Positions 1-10,114 are shown, numbered from the stretch's first letter. The stretch: DNA of 64,000 nucleotides from Burkholderiales bacterium (GCA_046347855.1 JAXMFJ010000011.1:70843-134842); one strand, 5' to 3'. The notes: a model not told the origin generated them from the sequence alone. Translations and numbers: made by a program.

Positions 1-788
1 TGCGCGCCGAACTCCACCGCCGCGATCACGCCGACCTGCATCATCACCACGGCCGCGGTGGTGCCCGCGAGCCCCCGCCGCAGCGCCACCCACACGAGCG
101 GCAGGAACAGGAGGTAGAAGAGCTTGAGCTCCTGGCCGAGCCCCGAGCCGAACACCACCGCCAGCGCGCCGACGATCGCGAGCGCCTGCAGCGTCGTCTC
201 CCACCACGTGCCGCGCGCGGGCGCGGCCGTGCGCTGCGTGAACGCGAGCAGGAACGGCGTGGTGACGATGAGGCCGATCAGGTCGCCGATCCAGAACTCG
301 ACGACGCTGTGCCACGCGTCGCCCTGCGGGATGCCGAACGCGGCCCGGTAGAGCCCGACGTACGCGAGCGCCACGACGAGCGTGGTGACGAGCGCCAGGC
401 CCGCGAAGATGGAGACGTCGCGCATGCGGGTGAAGGCCGCGTCGAAGCGCAGCGGCCCGCGCAGCAGCGCCGCCATGCCCGCGTAGCCGCCGGTGAAGAG
501 CACGCACGTCGCGATCGCGAGCGGCCACGACGCAGGCATGCCGCGCACCACCAGCTCGGCCACCAGCGAGGCGACGAACAGCCACGGCGTGAACGCGAGG
601 CCGAAGCGCAGCAGCAGGAACAGCGAAAGCCCCGGCGGCGGATTCCACGGCGTGATGCCGAGCGGCCCGCCCTGCGGGTCGAGCGCGCTCACCCAGTCGA
701 GCGCGACGTAGAGGATCACGTACGCGATCGCCAGCGGCACGCCGGCGGGCAGGGGGAGGGAGCGGGAACCGAGGCGGAGCGCGATCAT
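1..788 (-). CDS. MASE1-domain integral membrane sensor protein, probably the N-terminus of a histidine kinase or other signalling protein; runs off the left edge
   Basis: Manual translation from ATG 788: MIALRLGSRSLPLPAGVPLAIAYVILYVALDWVS...GITPWNPPPGLSLFLLLRFG...FWIGDLIGLIVTTP...LFYLLFLPLVWVALRRG. Multi-TM, with MASE1-like W-P-x-G, W.GD..G and P..W.A.R.G motifs. No stop before position 1. Not in the ORF track. Confidence 0.75.
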   Translation of the reverse strand, partial: MIALRLGSRSLPLPAGVPLAIAYVILYVALDWVSALDPQGGPLGITPWNPPPGLSLFLLLRFGLAFTPWLFVASLVAELVVRGMPASWPLAIATCVLFTGGYAGMAALLRGPLRFDAAFTRMRDVSIFAGLALVTTLVVALAYVGLYRAAFGIPQGDAWHSVVEFWIGDLIGLIVTTPFLLAFTQRTAAPARGTWWETTLQALAIVGALAVVFGSGLGQELKLFYLLFLPLVWVALRRGLAGTTAAVVMMQVGVIAAVEFGA

Positions 789-852
789 CGGTGGTGCGTG
801 AGACGGGCGACCGTGGCATTGAACCACAGCGGTGTCCGCTCGCGGTTCTCGT

Positions 853-956
853 CGCGTGCTGTCGGCGATTGCGGATGAACGCCATTGCGCGTGCTGCCGG
901 CGATTCCGGTTGATCGCGATTGCGCGTGCCGTCGGCGACTCCGGATGAACGCCACT
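853..956. repeat. Degenerate 35-bp tandem repeat, about 3 copies
   Basis: 873-907 GGATGAACGCCATTGCGCGTGCTGCCGGCGATTCC; 908-942 GGTTGATCGCGATTGCGCGTGCCGTCGGCGACTCC; 943-956 GGATGAACGCCACT; 853-872 matches the unit end at 18/20. Confidence 0.8.
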
Positions 957-1056
957 GGGTTCCCGCCTTCGCGGGAACGACGGAGGCTGGGTAACCGCTG
1001 CCGCTCGTTGAGAGGCACCGCCTCCCATTGTCGTCCCCGCGAAGGCGGGGACCCAG
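955..1056. repeat. REP family B, inverted pair (GTCGTYCCCGCGMAGGCGGGRACCCAG)
   Basis: 955-982 CTGGGTTCCCGCCTTCGCGGGAACGACG (reverse copy) and 1029-1056 TGTCGTCCCCGCGAAGGCGGGGACCCAG. The same unit occurs at 21310-21401. Confidence 0.85.
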
Positions 1057-1116
1057 CGGCGTTCGGCGGGACGATTTCGCAGCGACGATGCAGATGGACC
1101 GCCGGCCGGCGACACG

Positions 1117-2091
1117 TCAGGAACGGTCGTCCAGCCCCCCGAACCGCGCATAGAACTCATCGCTCGCGCGCGACAGCGCGCCGCCCTGCGCGAGCGTGGC
1201 CACGAGGTGCCGCTCCGCGCAGCGATGCGTGCGCCGGTAGAAGTCGCGGCACAGCGCGTAGGCCGCGGCGCCGGGCCAGTCGAGCGGCAGCAGCGCGGCG
1301 GGCAGCAGCGGATCGCGCAGCAGCACGCGGCGGTATGCGTGGATCAGCAGCGTGCGCACCATGAAGCACTGCGCGGGATCGTGTGCGCCGTCCTCGGCGA
1401 AGCGCTCGATGACCGCGCCGAAGCGATGCAGGAAGCGGCGATAGTCGGCGGCGAGCGCGTCGAGGCTCCACGCGCGCGTGGTGACGGCGGCGAGCGGCTC
1501 CGCGCCGGGCAGGTCGGCGACGCGCATCGCCGTCACGTGCTTCGCGACCGCCGGCGTCGCGAGGACGGAGGGCAGCGGACGCGCGGCGTCGCGCGGGCGC
1601 AGGAACGCGTTGGGCGCGAGCTCGCCGTAGCCCGCCCACCCGAGCTCGCGGCGCAGGTCCGCGCGCGGGCCGGCGGCGAGGCCGTCGCACAGGACGAGCT
1701 CCCACTCGCCGCCCCAGTCGTCGGCGGGGCGGTGATAGATGCGCCGGTGCGCGTCGTCGAAGCGGCGCGCGCCGCCGGCGGTGAGGTGGTAGCGGCTGAC
1801 GCGGCCGTGGCTCGTGCCCTCGACCCAGCCGTCGCGGGCGAGGCGGAACACGCTGGTGCGCACCAGGCGCTCGTTGACGTTGAAAGGCGCGAGCAGGCGG
1901 ATGAGGTCGCCCAGCCACGCGCCGCCCCCGTGCGGCGCGAGCGCGTCGCCCCACACCGTGACGATCAGCGACTTGGCGCGCGGCGGGTCGGCGGCCAGCG
2001 TGCGCGCGAGCCAGCGGCGGACGGCCGGATCCGGGCGCGGAACCCCCGCCGCGGGCGCCGGTCCATTTGATACATATTCTTGTTGACCCAT
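1117..2091 (-). CDS. paaX: Phenylacetate degradation operon repressor PaaX
   Basis: [39 protein letters not shown]...[25 protein letters not shown]; divergent from paaA. Confidence 0.95.
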   Translation of the reverse strand: MGQQEYVSNGPAPAAGVPRPDPAVRRWLARTLAADPPRAKSLIVTVWGDALAPHGGGAWLGDLIRLLAPFNVNERLVRTSVFRLARDGWVEGTSHGRVSRYHLTAGGARRFDDAHRRIYHRPADDWGGEWELVLCDGLAAGPRADLRRELGWAGYGELAPNAFLRPRDAARPLPSVLATPAVAKHVTAMRVADLPGAEPLAAVTTRAWSLDALAADYRRFLHRFGAVIERFAEDGAHDPAQCFMVRTLLIHAYRRVLLRDPLLPAALLPLDWPGAAAYALCRDFYRRTHRCAERHLVATLAQGGALSRASDEFYARFGGLDDRS

Positions 2092-2106
2092 CGGAAAACT
2101 GTATCA
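2068..2106. promoter_or_regulatory. Putative PaaX operator TGATACA-N25-TGTATCA
   Basis: Perfect 7-bp inverted arms at 2068-2074 and 2100-2106 in an AT-rich island between paaX and paaA. Resembles the GATACA..TGTATC palindrome I recall for Pseudomonas PaaX. Confidence 0.75.
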
Positions 2107-2148
2107 TATGATCGGCCGCTCGCGAGGCGCGGCGAAGGAGGCGGCCCC

Positions 2149-3135
2149 ATGTATGCACAGCTGGTCGAGACGGGTGTCACCCGGGTCCGCGCGGACGCCG
2201 AGCTCACGCCCGAGGAGCGCGCGTTCCAGGCGCGCATCGACGCGGACGTGAAGATCGAGGCGAAGGACTGGATGCCCGACGCCTACCGCAAGACGCTCGT
2301 GCGCCAGATCCAGCAGCACGCGCACAGCGAGATCGTCGGCATGCTGCCGGAAGGCAACTGGATCACGCGCGCGCCGACGCTGCAGCGCAAGGCCATCCTG
2401 ATGGCCAAGGTGCAGGACGAGGGCGGCCACGGCCTCTACCTCTACGCGGCGGCGGAGACGCTCGGCGTGTCGCGCGACGACCTCATCGCCGACCTGCACG
2501 CCGGCAAGGTCAAGTACTCGTCGATCTTCAACTACCCGACGCTCACCTGGGCCGACATCGGCGCGATCGGCTGGCTCGTCGACGGCGCGGCGATCATGAA
2601 CCAGATCCCGCTGTGCCGCTGCTCGTACGGCCCGTATGCGCGCGCGATGGTGCGCATCTGCAAGGAGGAGTCGTTCCACCAGCGGCAGGGCTACGACATC
2701 CTGCTCGCGCTGTGCCGCGGCACCGCGGAGCAGAAGGCGATGGCGCAGGATGCGCTCAACCGCTGGTGGTGGCCGTCGCTCATGATGTTCGGGCCGCCGG
2801 ACGCCGACAGCGTGCACAGCGCGCAGTCGATGCAGTGGAAGATCAAGCTGCTGTCGAACGACGAGCTGCGCCAGCGCTTCGTCGACCAGACGGTGCCGCA
2901 GGCCGACTACCTCGGCATCACGATGCCCGACCCGGATTTGAAGTGGAACGCCGAGCGCGGCCACTACGATTTCGGCGCGATCGACTGGAGCGAGTTCCGC
3001 GAGGTGCTGCGCGGCAACGGGCCGTGCAACAAGGAGCGGCTCGCGACGCGCGTGGCCGCGTGGGAAGACGGCGCGTGGGTGCGCGAGGCGGCGGTCGCGC
3101 ATGCGCAGAAGCAGCGGCAGCGGGCCGCGGCCTGA
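2149..3135 (+). CDS. paaA: Phenylacetyl-CoA epoxidase catalytic subunit
   Basis: [61 protein letters not shown]; AAGGAGG RBS before ATG 2149. Confidence 0.97.
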   Translation: MYAQLVETGVTRVRADAELTPEERAFQARIDADVKIEAKDWMPDAYRKTLVRQIQQHAHSEIVGMLPEGNWITRAPTLQRKAILMAKVQDEGGHGLYLYAAAETLGVSRDDLIADLHAGKVKYSSIFNYPTLTWADIGAIGWLVDGAAIMNQIPLCRCSYGPYARAMVRICKEESFHQRQGYDILLALCRGTAEQKAMAQDALNRWWWPSLMMFGPPDADSVHSAQSMQWKIKLLSNDELRQRFVDQTVPQADYLGITMPDPDLKWNAERGHYDFGAIDWSEFREVLRGNGPCNKERLATRVAAWEDGAWVREAAVAHAQKQRQRAAA

Positions 3136-3152
3136 GGAAGGGGAGCAACGAC

Positions 3153-3437
3153 ATGGGCAACGAATGGCCGCTGTGGGAGGTGTTCATCCGCTCGCAGCAC
3201 GGGCTCGCGCACAAGCACGTCGGCAGCCTGCACGCGGCCGACGCGGCGATGGCGGTGAAGAATGCGCGCGACGTCTACACGCGGCGCAACGAGGGCGTGT
3301 CGATCTGGGTGGTGAAGTCCAGCGACATCACGGCGTCGAGCCCCGGCGACAGGGAAGCGCTGTTCGAGCCCGCCAACAGCAAGGTGTACCGGCATCCGAC
3401 GTTCTTCCCGATGCCGGACGGGGTGAAGCACCTGTGA
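3153..3437 (+). CDS. paaB: Phenylacetyl-CoA epoxidase subunit B
   Basis: MGNEWPLWEVFIRSQHGLAHKHVGSLHAADAAMAVKNARDVYTRRNEGVSIWVV...KVYRHPTFF; 94 aa. Confidence 0.97.
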   Translation: MGNEWPLWEVFIRSQHGLAHKHVGSLHAADAAMAVKNARDVYTRRNEGVSIWVVKSSDITASSPGDREALFEPANSKVYRHPTFFPMPDGVKHL

Positions 3438-4225
3438 GCGCCACGTTCCCGGACCGCGCCCTGCGCGAGTACCTGCTGCGCCTCGGCGACAACGACGTCG
3501 TCCTCGCGCAGCGCCTCGGCGAATGGGTGGGCCACGGGCCGGTCATCGAGGAGGACATCGGCCTCACCAACGTCGGCCTCGACCTGCTGGGGCAGGGACG
3601 GCTGTGGCTCACGTACGCGGGCGAGGTGGAGGGGCGCATCACCGGCACGCCGCGCACGGAGGACGAGCTCGCGTTCCTGCGCGACGCCGCCGCGTATCGC
3701 AACGTGCAGCTCGTCGAGCGGCCGAACGGGGATTTCGCGCAGACCATGGCGCGCCAGTTCTACTTCGACCGCGCGCACCTGCTGCTGCTGCACGCGCTCA
3801 CGGCCTCGGCCGACGCGCGCATCGCGGGCATCGCCGCGAAGGCGGTGAAGGAAGTCGCCTACCACGCGGAGCGCAGCGCCGACTGGGTGGTGCGCTTGGG
3901 CGACGGCACCGACGAGTCGCACGCGCGCATGCAGCGGGCGATCGACGACTGCTGGCCGTACACCGGCGAGATGTTCACGGCGGATGCGATCGACGAGGCG
4001 CTGATCGCGACCGGCGTGGCAGTCGACGCGTGCACGCTGCGCGCGCCGTGGCTCGCGGCGGTCGAGGCGGTGCTGCGCGAGGCCACACTCACGCTTCCGA
4101 CCGGCGAATGGATGCACGGCGGCCGCGCCCGCGGCGGGCGGCAGGGCGTGCACACCGAGCACTTGGGCCACCTGCTCGCGGAAATGCAGTTCCTGCAGCG
4201 CGCGTATCCGGGCGCGCAGTGGTGA
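3434..4225 (+). CDS. paaC: Phenylacetyl-CoA epoxidase structural subunit
   Basis: GTG start overlapping the paaB stop; YLLRLGDN..VLAQRLGEW.GHGP.IEEDI, KAVKEVAYH, GVHTEHLGHLLAEMQFLQRAYPGAQW. Confidence 0.95.
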   Translation: MSATFPDRALREYLLRLGDNDVVLAQRLGEWVGHGPVIEEDIGLTNVGLDLLGQGRLWLTYAGEVEGRITGTPRTEDELAFLRDAAAYRNVQLVERPNGDFAQTMARQFYFDRAHLLLLHALTASADARIAGIAAKAVKEVAYHAERSADWVVRLGDGTDESHARMQRAIDDCWPYTGEMFTADAIDEALIATGVAVDACTLRAPWLAAVEAVLREATLTLPTGEWMHGGRARGGRQGVHTEHLGHLLAEMQFLQRAYPGAQW

Positions 4226-4770
4226 TGGTCACGCGCGAGCAGCAGGCGCTCGCCGCCGCCGACACGCCGGCGCCCGCGCTCGACGTGATCTGGGACGCGC
4301 TCGCCGACGTGCCCGATCCCGAGGTGCCGGTCATCTCGATCGTCGAGCTGGGCATCGTGCGCGACGTCGCGGTGCAGGACGGCCGTGTGCGCATCGCCAT
4401 CACGCCGACCTATTCCGGGTGCCCGGCCACCGAGCTCATCGCGACGATGATCCGCGAGAAGCTCGCCGCCATCGGTCTCACCGACGTCGATCTCGTCTCG
4501 CAGCTTGCGCCCGCGTGGACCACCGACTGGATGGCGCCGGAAGCGAAGGCGCGCCTCGCGGCGTTCGGCATCGCGCCGCCGCAGGGCAGCGCGCCGCGCG
4601 TCGACGTCACCGGCATCAGCCCGCTGCGGCGCGCGCAGGTCGTGGTGCCGTGCCCGCGCTGCGGCGCGCGGAACACGCGATTGGTCGCGCAGTTCGGGTC
4701 CACTGCGTGCAAGGCGCAGTACGTGTGCAACGCGTGCCGCGAGCCGTTCGACTACTTCAAGCCCCACTGA
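4225..4770 (+). CDS. paaD: Phenylacetyl-CoA epoxidase subunit D (metal-sulfur cluster biosynthesis-like)
   Basis: VPDPEVPVISIVELGIVR, TPTYSGCPAT, PAWTTDW, CPRCG..FGSTACKA.Y.C..CREPFDYFKPH. Alternative GTG start at 4222. Confidence 0.95.
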   Translation: MVTREQQALAAADTPAPALDVIWDALADVPDPEVPVISIVELGIVRDVAVQDGRVRIAITPTYSGCPATELIATMIREKLAAIGLTDVDLVSQLAPAWTTDWMAPEAKARLAAFGIAPPQGSAPRVDVTGISPLRRAQVVVPCPRCGARNTRLVAQFGSTACKAQYVCNACREPFDYFKPH

Positions 4771-5837
4771 TGAGCAAATTCCATCGCCTCGCCGTCGCGC
4801 GGGTGGAGCGCGAGACGCGCGACGCCGTCGCGATCACGTTCGCCGTGCCGCCGGCGCTCGCGGACGCGTTCCGCTACGCGGCCGGGCAGCACCTCACGCT
4901 GCGCGCCGACATCGGCGGGCAGGACGTGCGCCGCTCGTACTCGATCTGCTCGGCGGTGCAGGACGGCACCCTGCGCATCGCGGTAAAGAAGAGCCCGGGC
5001 GGCGTGTTCTCGACGTGGGCGAACGAGCACCTGAAGCCCGGCGACACGCTGGAGGTGATGCCGCCGCTCGGCCACTTCGCGGTGTCCGGTCCGGACCCCG
5101 CGCGGCACTACGTCGGCTTCGCGGCCGGCAGCGGGATCACGCCGCTGCTGTCGATCGTGAAGACGACGCTCGCCGCGCAGCCGGACTGCACGTTCACGCT
5201 GGTGTACGCCAACCGCGCGTCGAGCACCGTGATGTTCCGCGAGGAGCTGGCGGCGCTGAAGGACCTCCACATGAGCCGCTTCAACCTCGTGCACGTGCTC
5301 TCGCGCGAGGCGCAGGACATCGAGCGCCTGCACGGGCGCATCGATCGCGCGAAGGCCGAGGCCATCCTCGCGCACTGGGTGCCGGTGGACGACCTCGCCG
5401 CGGCCTACGTGTGCGGGCCCGAGGGCATGATGGACGCCGTCGTGGCGGCGCTGCGGGCGCACGGCGTGCCGGACGCGAAGATCCGCATCGAGCGCTTCGC
5501 CGCGAGCATCCCGAAGCACACGCACGTCGCGCCGGCCGAAGCGGCGCCCGGCCGCAGCGACTGCGAGGTCACGGCCACGCTCGACGGTGTCGTGCGCACG
5601 TTCACCGTCGCGAAGGGCAGCGAGAGCCTGCTCGAGGCCGGCTTGAAGAGCGGCGTCGAGCTGCCGTATTCGTGCAAGGGCGGCGTGTGCTCGACGTGCC
5701 GCTGCCGCGTGGTCGAGGGCGAGGTCGACATGGACGTCAACTTCGCGCTGGAGGACTACGAGGTCGCGCGCGGCTACGTCCTCGCGTGCCAGAGCTATGC
5801 CGTGACGGATCGCGTGGTCGTGACCTACGACGACTGA
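4770..5837 (+). CDS. paaE: Phenylacetyl-CoA epoxidase reductase (FAD/NAD + 2Fe-2S)
   Basis: RRSYSICS, AAGSGITP, YVCGP, PYSCKGGVCSTCRC...VLACQS; ATG overlaps the paaD stop. Confidence 0.96.
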   Translation: MSKFHRLAVARVERETRDAVAITFAVPPALADAFRYAAGQHLTLRADIGGQDVRRSYSICSAVQDGTLRIAVKKSPGGVFSTWANEHLKPGDTLEVMPPLGHFAVSGPDPARHYVGFAAGSGITPLLSIVKTTLAAQPDCTFTLVYANRASSTVMFREELAALKDLHMSRFNLVHVLSREAQDIERLHGRIDRAKAEAILAHWVPVDDLAAAYVCGPEGMMDAVVAALRAHGVPDAKIRIERFAASIPKHTHVAPAEAAPGRSDCEVTATLDGVVRTFTVAKGSESLLEAGLKSGVELPYSCKGGVCSTCRCRVVEGEVDMDVNFALEDYEVARGYVLACQSYAVTDRVVVTYDD

Positions 5838-5840
5838 TCG

Positions 5841-5988
5841 ACGTCTGCAAAAGGCGTCCGCAAGCGCAGTGCATGACGCGAGGCCGGCGTTGCGCCTTGT
5901 GCAGCCGGAACTGCAACGGCCCGGTCAGGCGGCCGCCTTGGGGCGGCCCGGCGTCGGCCGCCGGAAAGGGCAACGCAAGAACGAGCGT
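5841..5988 (+). repeat. Dispersed ~147-bp structured element (family C), copy 1
   Basis: ACGTCTGCAAAAGGCGTCCG...GCCGGCGTTGCGCCTTGTGCAGCCGGAAC...TCAGGCGGCCGCCTTGGGGCGGCCCGGCG. Collinear with the reverse complement of 25005-25151. Confidence 0.85.
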
Positions 5989-6111
5989 CATGCGGGGGAT
6001 TCGTCGTCGATCGCCCGTCGGCGTTTCCTTGCGGCGCACACCGGCGCGACTCGCGAATGCCGGTAATATGACGAGCTGACCGCACCAGCACATTTCCGAG
6101 GAGCATCCCCC

Positions 6112-7776
6112 GTGCCGTACCCCTTCTTCGAACGCCATCGCGCGACCCTCGAGCGCGCGGTGCAGGCCATCCACGAGCGCAGCTACTGGAGCGCGTATCC
6201 GGAGTCGGCCAGTCCCAAGGTGTACGGCGAAGGCGCCGCCGAGGCCGGGCGCGCCGCGTACGACGCGCTGCTCGGCAAGCGCTTCCCGCTGCAGCAGCCC
6301 GCCACCGTCGGCGAGGTGGGCGGCGAGAAGTCGCCGTTCGGCCCGGCGCTCGGCGTCACCTATCCAAAGCCCGACATGGACGGGCTCTTCGCCGCGGTCG
6401 ACCGCGCGCAGGACGCGTGGCGGCGCGCGGGGCCGGAGATGTGGGCCGGCGTGTGCCTGGAATCGCTCGCGCGCATCAACCAGGCGAGCTTCGAGATCGC
6501 CAACGCGGTGATGCACACCACGGGCCAGGCGTTCCTGATGGCGTTCCAGGCGGGCGGGCCGCATGCGCAGGACCGCGGCCTCGAGGCGGTCGCGTACGCG
6601 TGGGACGAGCTGTCGCGCATCCCGGCCTCCGCGCAATGGGAGAAGCCGCAGGGCAAGAACGAGCCGATCCGCATGGAGAAGCGCTTCCGCGTCGTGCCGC
6701 GCGGCATCGGCCTCGTGATCGGCTGCTGCACGTTCCCGACGTGGAACGGCTACCCCGGGATGTTCGCGAGCCTCGCGACCGGCAACGCGGTGATCGTGAA
6801 GCCGCATCCGGCCGCGATCCTGCCGCTCGCCATCACGGTGAAGATCGTCCGCGACGTGCTCGCCGAAGCCGGCATGGACCCGAACGTCGTCACGCTGTAC
6901 GCGCACGAGGCGGGCAGCCCCGTCGCGCAGGAGCTGGCACTGCGGCCCGAGGTGCGCATCATCGACTTCACCGGCAGCACCGCCAACGGCCGCTGGCTCG
7001 AGGAGCATGCGCGACAGGCGCAGGTGTACACCGAGAAGGCCGGCGTCAACCAGATCGTCATCGACAGCGTCGCCGACATGAAGGCGGTCGCGCGCAACGT
7101 CGCGTTCTCGCTGTCGCTCTACACGGGCCAGATGTGCACGGCGCCGCAGAACATCTACGTGCCGCGCAACGGCATCCGCACGGCAGAGGGCACGTTGTCC
7201 TTCGACGAGGTGGCGGAGGCAATCGCGGGCGGCGTGAATGCGCTGCTCGGCGATCCGGCGCGCGCGGTGGAAGTGCTGGGCGCGGTGCAGAACGAGGGCG
7301 TGCTGCGAAGGCTCGAGGCCGCGCGCGCGCTCGGCACGCTGGTGCTCGACACCCGGGCCGTCGCGCATCCGTCGTTCCCCGACGCCACGATCCGCACGCC
7401 GCTGATCGTCAAGCTGACCACCGCCGACCGCGCGACGTACCTCAACGAATGGTTCGGGCCTATCGCCTTCGTGATCGGCACCGAGGACACCACCGAGAGC
7501 CTCGCGATCGCGCGCGACGCCGCGCGCTCGCACGGTGCGCTGACGCTGTCCGTGTATGCGACCGACGACGACGTGATCGAGCGCGCCGTCGAGGTCGCAG
7601 AGGACGCGGGCGTCGCGCTGTCGATCAACCTCACGGGCGGCGTGTTCGTGAACCAGTCGGCCGCGTTCTCCGACTTCCACGGCACCGGCGCCAATCCCGC
7701 CGCGAACGCGTCGCTCACCGACGCCGCGTACGTCGCCAACCGCTTCCGCGTGGTGCAGCACCGGCGGCACGTGTAA
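6112..7776 (+). CDS. paaN: Phenylacetate degradation aldehyde dehydrogenase-like protein PaaN
   Basis: FMMAFQAGGPHAQDRGLEAVAYA-like segment, GCCTFPTWNGYPG.FASLATGN.VIVKPHP, DFTGS, SLYTGQMCTAPQN; GTG start with GAGGAG RBS. Confidence 0.92.
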   Translation: MPYPFFERHRATLERAVQAIHERSYWSAYPESASPKVYGEGAAEAGRAAYDALLGKRFPLQQPATVGEVGGEKSPFGPALGVTYPKPDMDGLFAAVDRAQDAWRRAGPEMWAGVCLESLARINQASFEIANAVMHTTGQAFLMAFQAGGPHAQDRGLEAVAYAWDELSRIPASAQWEKPQGKNEPIRMEKRFRVVPRGIGLVIGCCTFPTWNGYPGMFASLATGNAVIVKPHPAAILPLAITVKIVRDVLAEAGMDPNVVTLYAHEAGSPVAQELALRPEVRIIDFTGSTANGRWLEEHARQAQVYTEKAGVNQIVIDSVADMKAVARNVAFSLSLYTGQMCTAPQNIYVPRNGIRTAEGTLSFDEVAEAIAGGVNALLGDPARAVEVLGAVQNEGVLRRLEAARALGTLVLDTRAVAHPSFPDATIRTPLIVKLTTADRATYLNEWFGPIAFVIGTEDTTESLAIARDAARSHGALTLSVYATDDDVIERAVEVAEDAGVALSINLTGGVFVNQSAAFSDFHGTGANPAANASLTDAAYVANRFRVVQHRRHV

Positions 7777-7784
7777 GGGCCATC

Positions 7785-8576
7785 ATGACGTACGAATCGA
7801 TACGCTTCGAATCCGCGGACGGCATCGCGCGGATCACCCTCAACCGGCCCGATCGCCTCAACAGCTTCACCTCCGCGATGCACGCGGAATTGCGCGACGC
7901 GCTGGCGGCGGTGCGGGCGGACGCGTCCGTGCGCGCGCTGCTGCTGACCGGCGAGGGCCGCGGCTTCTGCGCCGGGCAGGACCTGGGCGACCGCGCCGTG
8001 GCGCCCGGCGCGACGCCCGTCGACTTAGGCGAGTCGATCGAGCAGAACTACCGCCCGCTGATCCTCGCGCTGCGCCATCTGCCGCTGCCGGTGGTGTGCG
8101 CCGTCAACGGCGTTGCGGCGGGCGCGGGCGCCAACATTGCGCTCGCGTGCGACATCGTGATCGCGGCGAAGTCGGCGAGCTTCATCCAGGCGTTCTGCCG
8201 CATCGGGCTCATCCCCGATTCCGGCGGCACCTACTTCCTGCCGCGCCTCGTCGGCAGCGCGCGCGCGATGGGGCTCGCGCTCACCGGCGACAAGCTCACC
8301 GCGACGCAGGCCGAGGCGTGGGGGCTCATCTGGAAGTGCGTCGAGGATACCGAGCTCAAGCCGACCGTCGAGGCGCTGCTCGCGCAGTTCGCGCAGGCGC
8401 CGACGCGCGCGCTCGGCGAGATCAAGCGCGCGCTGCACGCGTCGGCGCACGCGACGCTCGAGGAGCAACTGACCCACGAGCGCGACGTGCAGCGCGCGCT
8501 CGGCTACAGCGACGACTACCGCGAGGGCGTGGCGGCCTTCACGGAGAAGCGGCCGCCGAAGTTCACGGGACGGTGA
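7785..8576 (+). CDS. paaG: Ring-1,2-epoxyphenylacetyl-CoA isomerase (crotonase fold)
   Basis: ITLNRPDRLNSF, GRGFCAGQDL, NGVAAGAGANIALACD, GLIPDSGGT (catalytic Asp). Confidence 0.93.
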   Translation: MTYESIRFESADGIARITLNRPDRLNSFTSAMHAELRDALAAVRADASVRALLLTGEGRGFCAGQDLGDRAVAPGATPVDLGESIEQNYRPLILALRHLPLPVVCAVNGVAAGAGANIALACDIVIAAKSASFIQAFCRIGLIPDSGGTYFLPRLVGSARAMGLALTGDKLTATQAEAWGLIWKCVEDTELKPTVEALLAQFAQAPTRALGEIKRALHASAHATLEEQLTHERDVQRALGYSDDYREGVAAFTEKRPPKFTGR

Positions 8577-8578
8577 CG

Positions 8579-10114
8579 ATGACCGAGCCGTTGCCGCAGC
8601 GGGCGGAGGTCGGCGTCGTCGGCGCCGGTGCGATGGGCGCGGGCATCGCGCAGATCGCGGCGCAGGCGGGCCATCGCGTCCACCTCTTCGACAACCGCAT
8701 GGGCGCGGCCGACGCCGCGAAAGCCGCGCTGGGCGAGACGCTCGCCGCGCTGGCCGCCAAGGGCAAGATCGCGCGCGCCGATGCGGACGCGGCCGCGGGA
8801 CGCATCGTCGCCGTGCATGCGCTGGGGGATCTCGTCAGCGCAGGCCTCGTGGTCGAGGCGATCGTCGAGGACATCGACGCGAAGCGAAAGCTGCTCCGCG
8901 AGCTCGAAGTGGTGGTCGCGCCGGAGGCGATCCTCGCCTCCAACACGTCGTCGCTGTCGATCACCGCGCTGCAGGCGGGCATGAAGCATCCGGGACGGAT
9001 GGTCGGCATGCACTTCTTCAACCCGGCGCCGATCCTGCCGCTGGTCGAAGTGGTGAGCGGGCTCGCGACCGAGCGCGCGGTCGCCGACGTCGTGTACGCC
9101 ACGGCGCGCGCGTGGGGCAAGATTCCCGTGCACGCGGCGTCCACGCCCGGGTTCATCGTCAACCGCTGCGCGCGCCCCTTCTACGGCGAGGCGCTGCGGC
9201 TGCTGCAGGAGCAGGCCGCCGATCCCGCGACGCTCGACGCGATCATGCGCGAGGCCGGCGGCTTCCGCATGGGGCCGTTCGAGCTGATCGACCTCATCGG
9301 CGCCGACGTGAATTTCGCGGTGAGCCGGAGCGTGTGGGAAGCGTACTTCCACGACGCGCGCTTCACGCCCTCGGTGCTGCAGCAGGAGATGGTCGCGGCG
9401 GGCTTCCACGGCCGCAAGGCCGGCCGCGGCTACTACGCGTACGGCCCGGACGCGACACGACCCGCGCCGCGCACGGAAGATCCGCAGCCCGCGCCGACGC
9501 ACGTCGGCGTCGCGGGCGAAGGACCGCTGGTGGCGGGGCTCGCGGCGCGGATGGCCGCGGCGGGCATCCACGTCGCCGCGCTGCCCGCCGATCCCTCGGT
9601 CGCGCCGGCGTTCATCGCCGTGGGCGATGCGCTGCTGGTCCCGAGCGACGGCCGCACGGCCACCGAGCGCGCCACCGAAGGCGAGCATCCCGATCTCATC
9701 GTGTACGACCTCGCGCTCGACTACGCGCAGTGCGCGCGCCTCGCCATCGCGTGCGCGGACACGTGCTCGCCGGCGGCGGCGAGCGCCGCGATCGGCGCGC
9801 TGCAGGCCGCAGGCATCGCGGTGAGCCGCGTCGACGACGTCGCCGGGCTGGTCGTGATGCGCACGGTGGCGATGCTCGCCAACGAGGCGGCGGACGCTGT
9901 CACGCAGGGCATCGCGAGCGCGCGCGACATCGACCTCGCGATGCGCAACGGCGTCAACTATCCGCGCGGGCCGCTCGCATGGGCCGACGCCGTCGGCGTC
10001 GCGCACCTGTGCACGGTGCTGCGCAACCTCGGCGCGCAGTACGGATACGAGCGCTATCGCGTGGCGCCGCTGCTCGCGCGCCGCTGCGCCACCGGCGCGA
10101 GGATCGCGGAGTGA
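8579..10114 (+). CDS. paaH: 3-hydroxyadipyl-CoA dehydrogenase
   Basis: VGVVGAGAMGAGIAQ, ILASNTSSLSI, GMHFFNPAP, TPGFIVNR, GFRMGPFEL, GVNYPRGP. Confidence 0.93.
   Translation: MTEPLPQRAEVGVVGAGAMGAGIAQIAAQAGHRVHLFDNRMGAADAAKAALGETLAALAAKGKIARADADAAAGRIVAVHALGDLVSAGLVVEAIVEDIDAKRKLLRELEVVVAPEAILASNTSSLSITALQAGMKHPGRMVGMHFFNPAPILPLVEVVSGLATERAVADVVYATARAWGKIPVHAASTPGFIVNRCARPFYGEALRLLQEQAADPATLDAIMREAGGFRMGPFELIDLIGADVNFAVSRSVWEAYFHDARFTPSVLQQEMVAAGFHGRKAGRGYYAYGPDATRPAPRTEDPQPAPTHVGVAGEGPLVAGLAARMAAAGIHVAALPADPSVAPAFIAVGDALLVPSDGRTATERATEGEHPDLIVYDLALDYAQCARLAIACADTCSPAAASAAIGALQAAGIAVSRVDDVAGLVVMRTVAMLANEAADAVTQGIASARDIDLAMRNGVNYPRGPLAWADAVGVAHLCTVLRNLGAQYGYERYRVAPLLARRCATGARIAE

Noticed and set aside
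6417-10114. Apparent N-terminal fusions in the ORF track (719-aa paaG, 672-aa paaH, 921-aa Bug, 571-aa hmgA, 484-aa META, 489-aa PCuAC)
   Set aside because: The extensions are off-frame read-through over the upstream gene. Each real protein begins at an internal start with normal length, so there is no evidence of fusion or frameshift.
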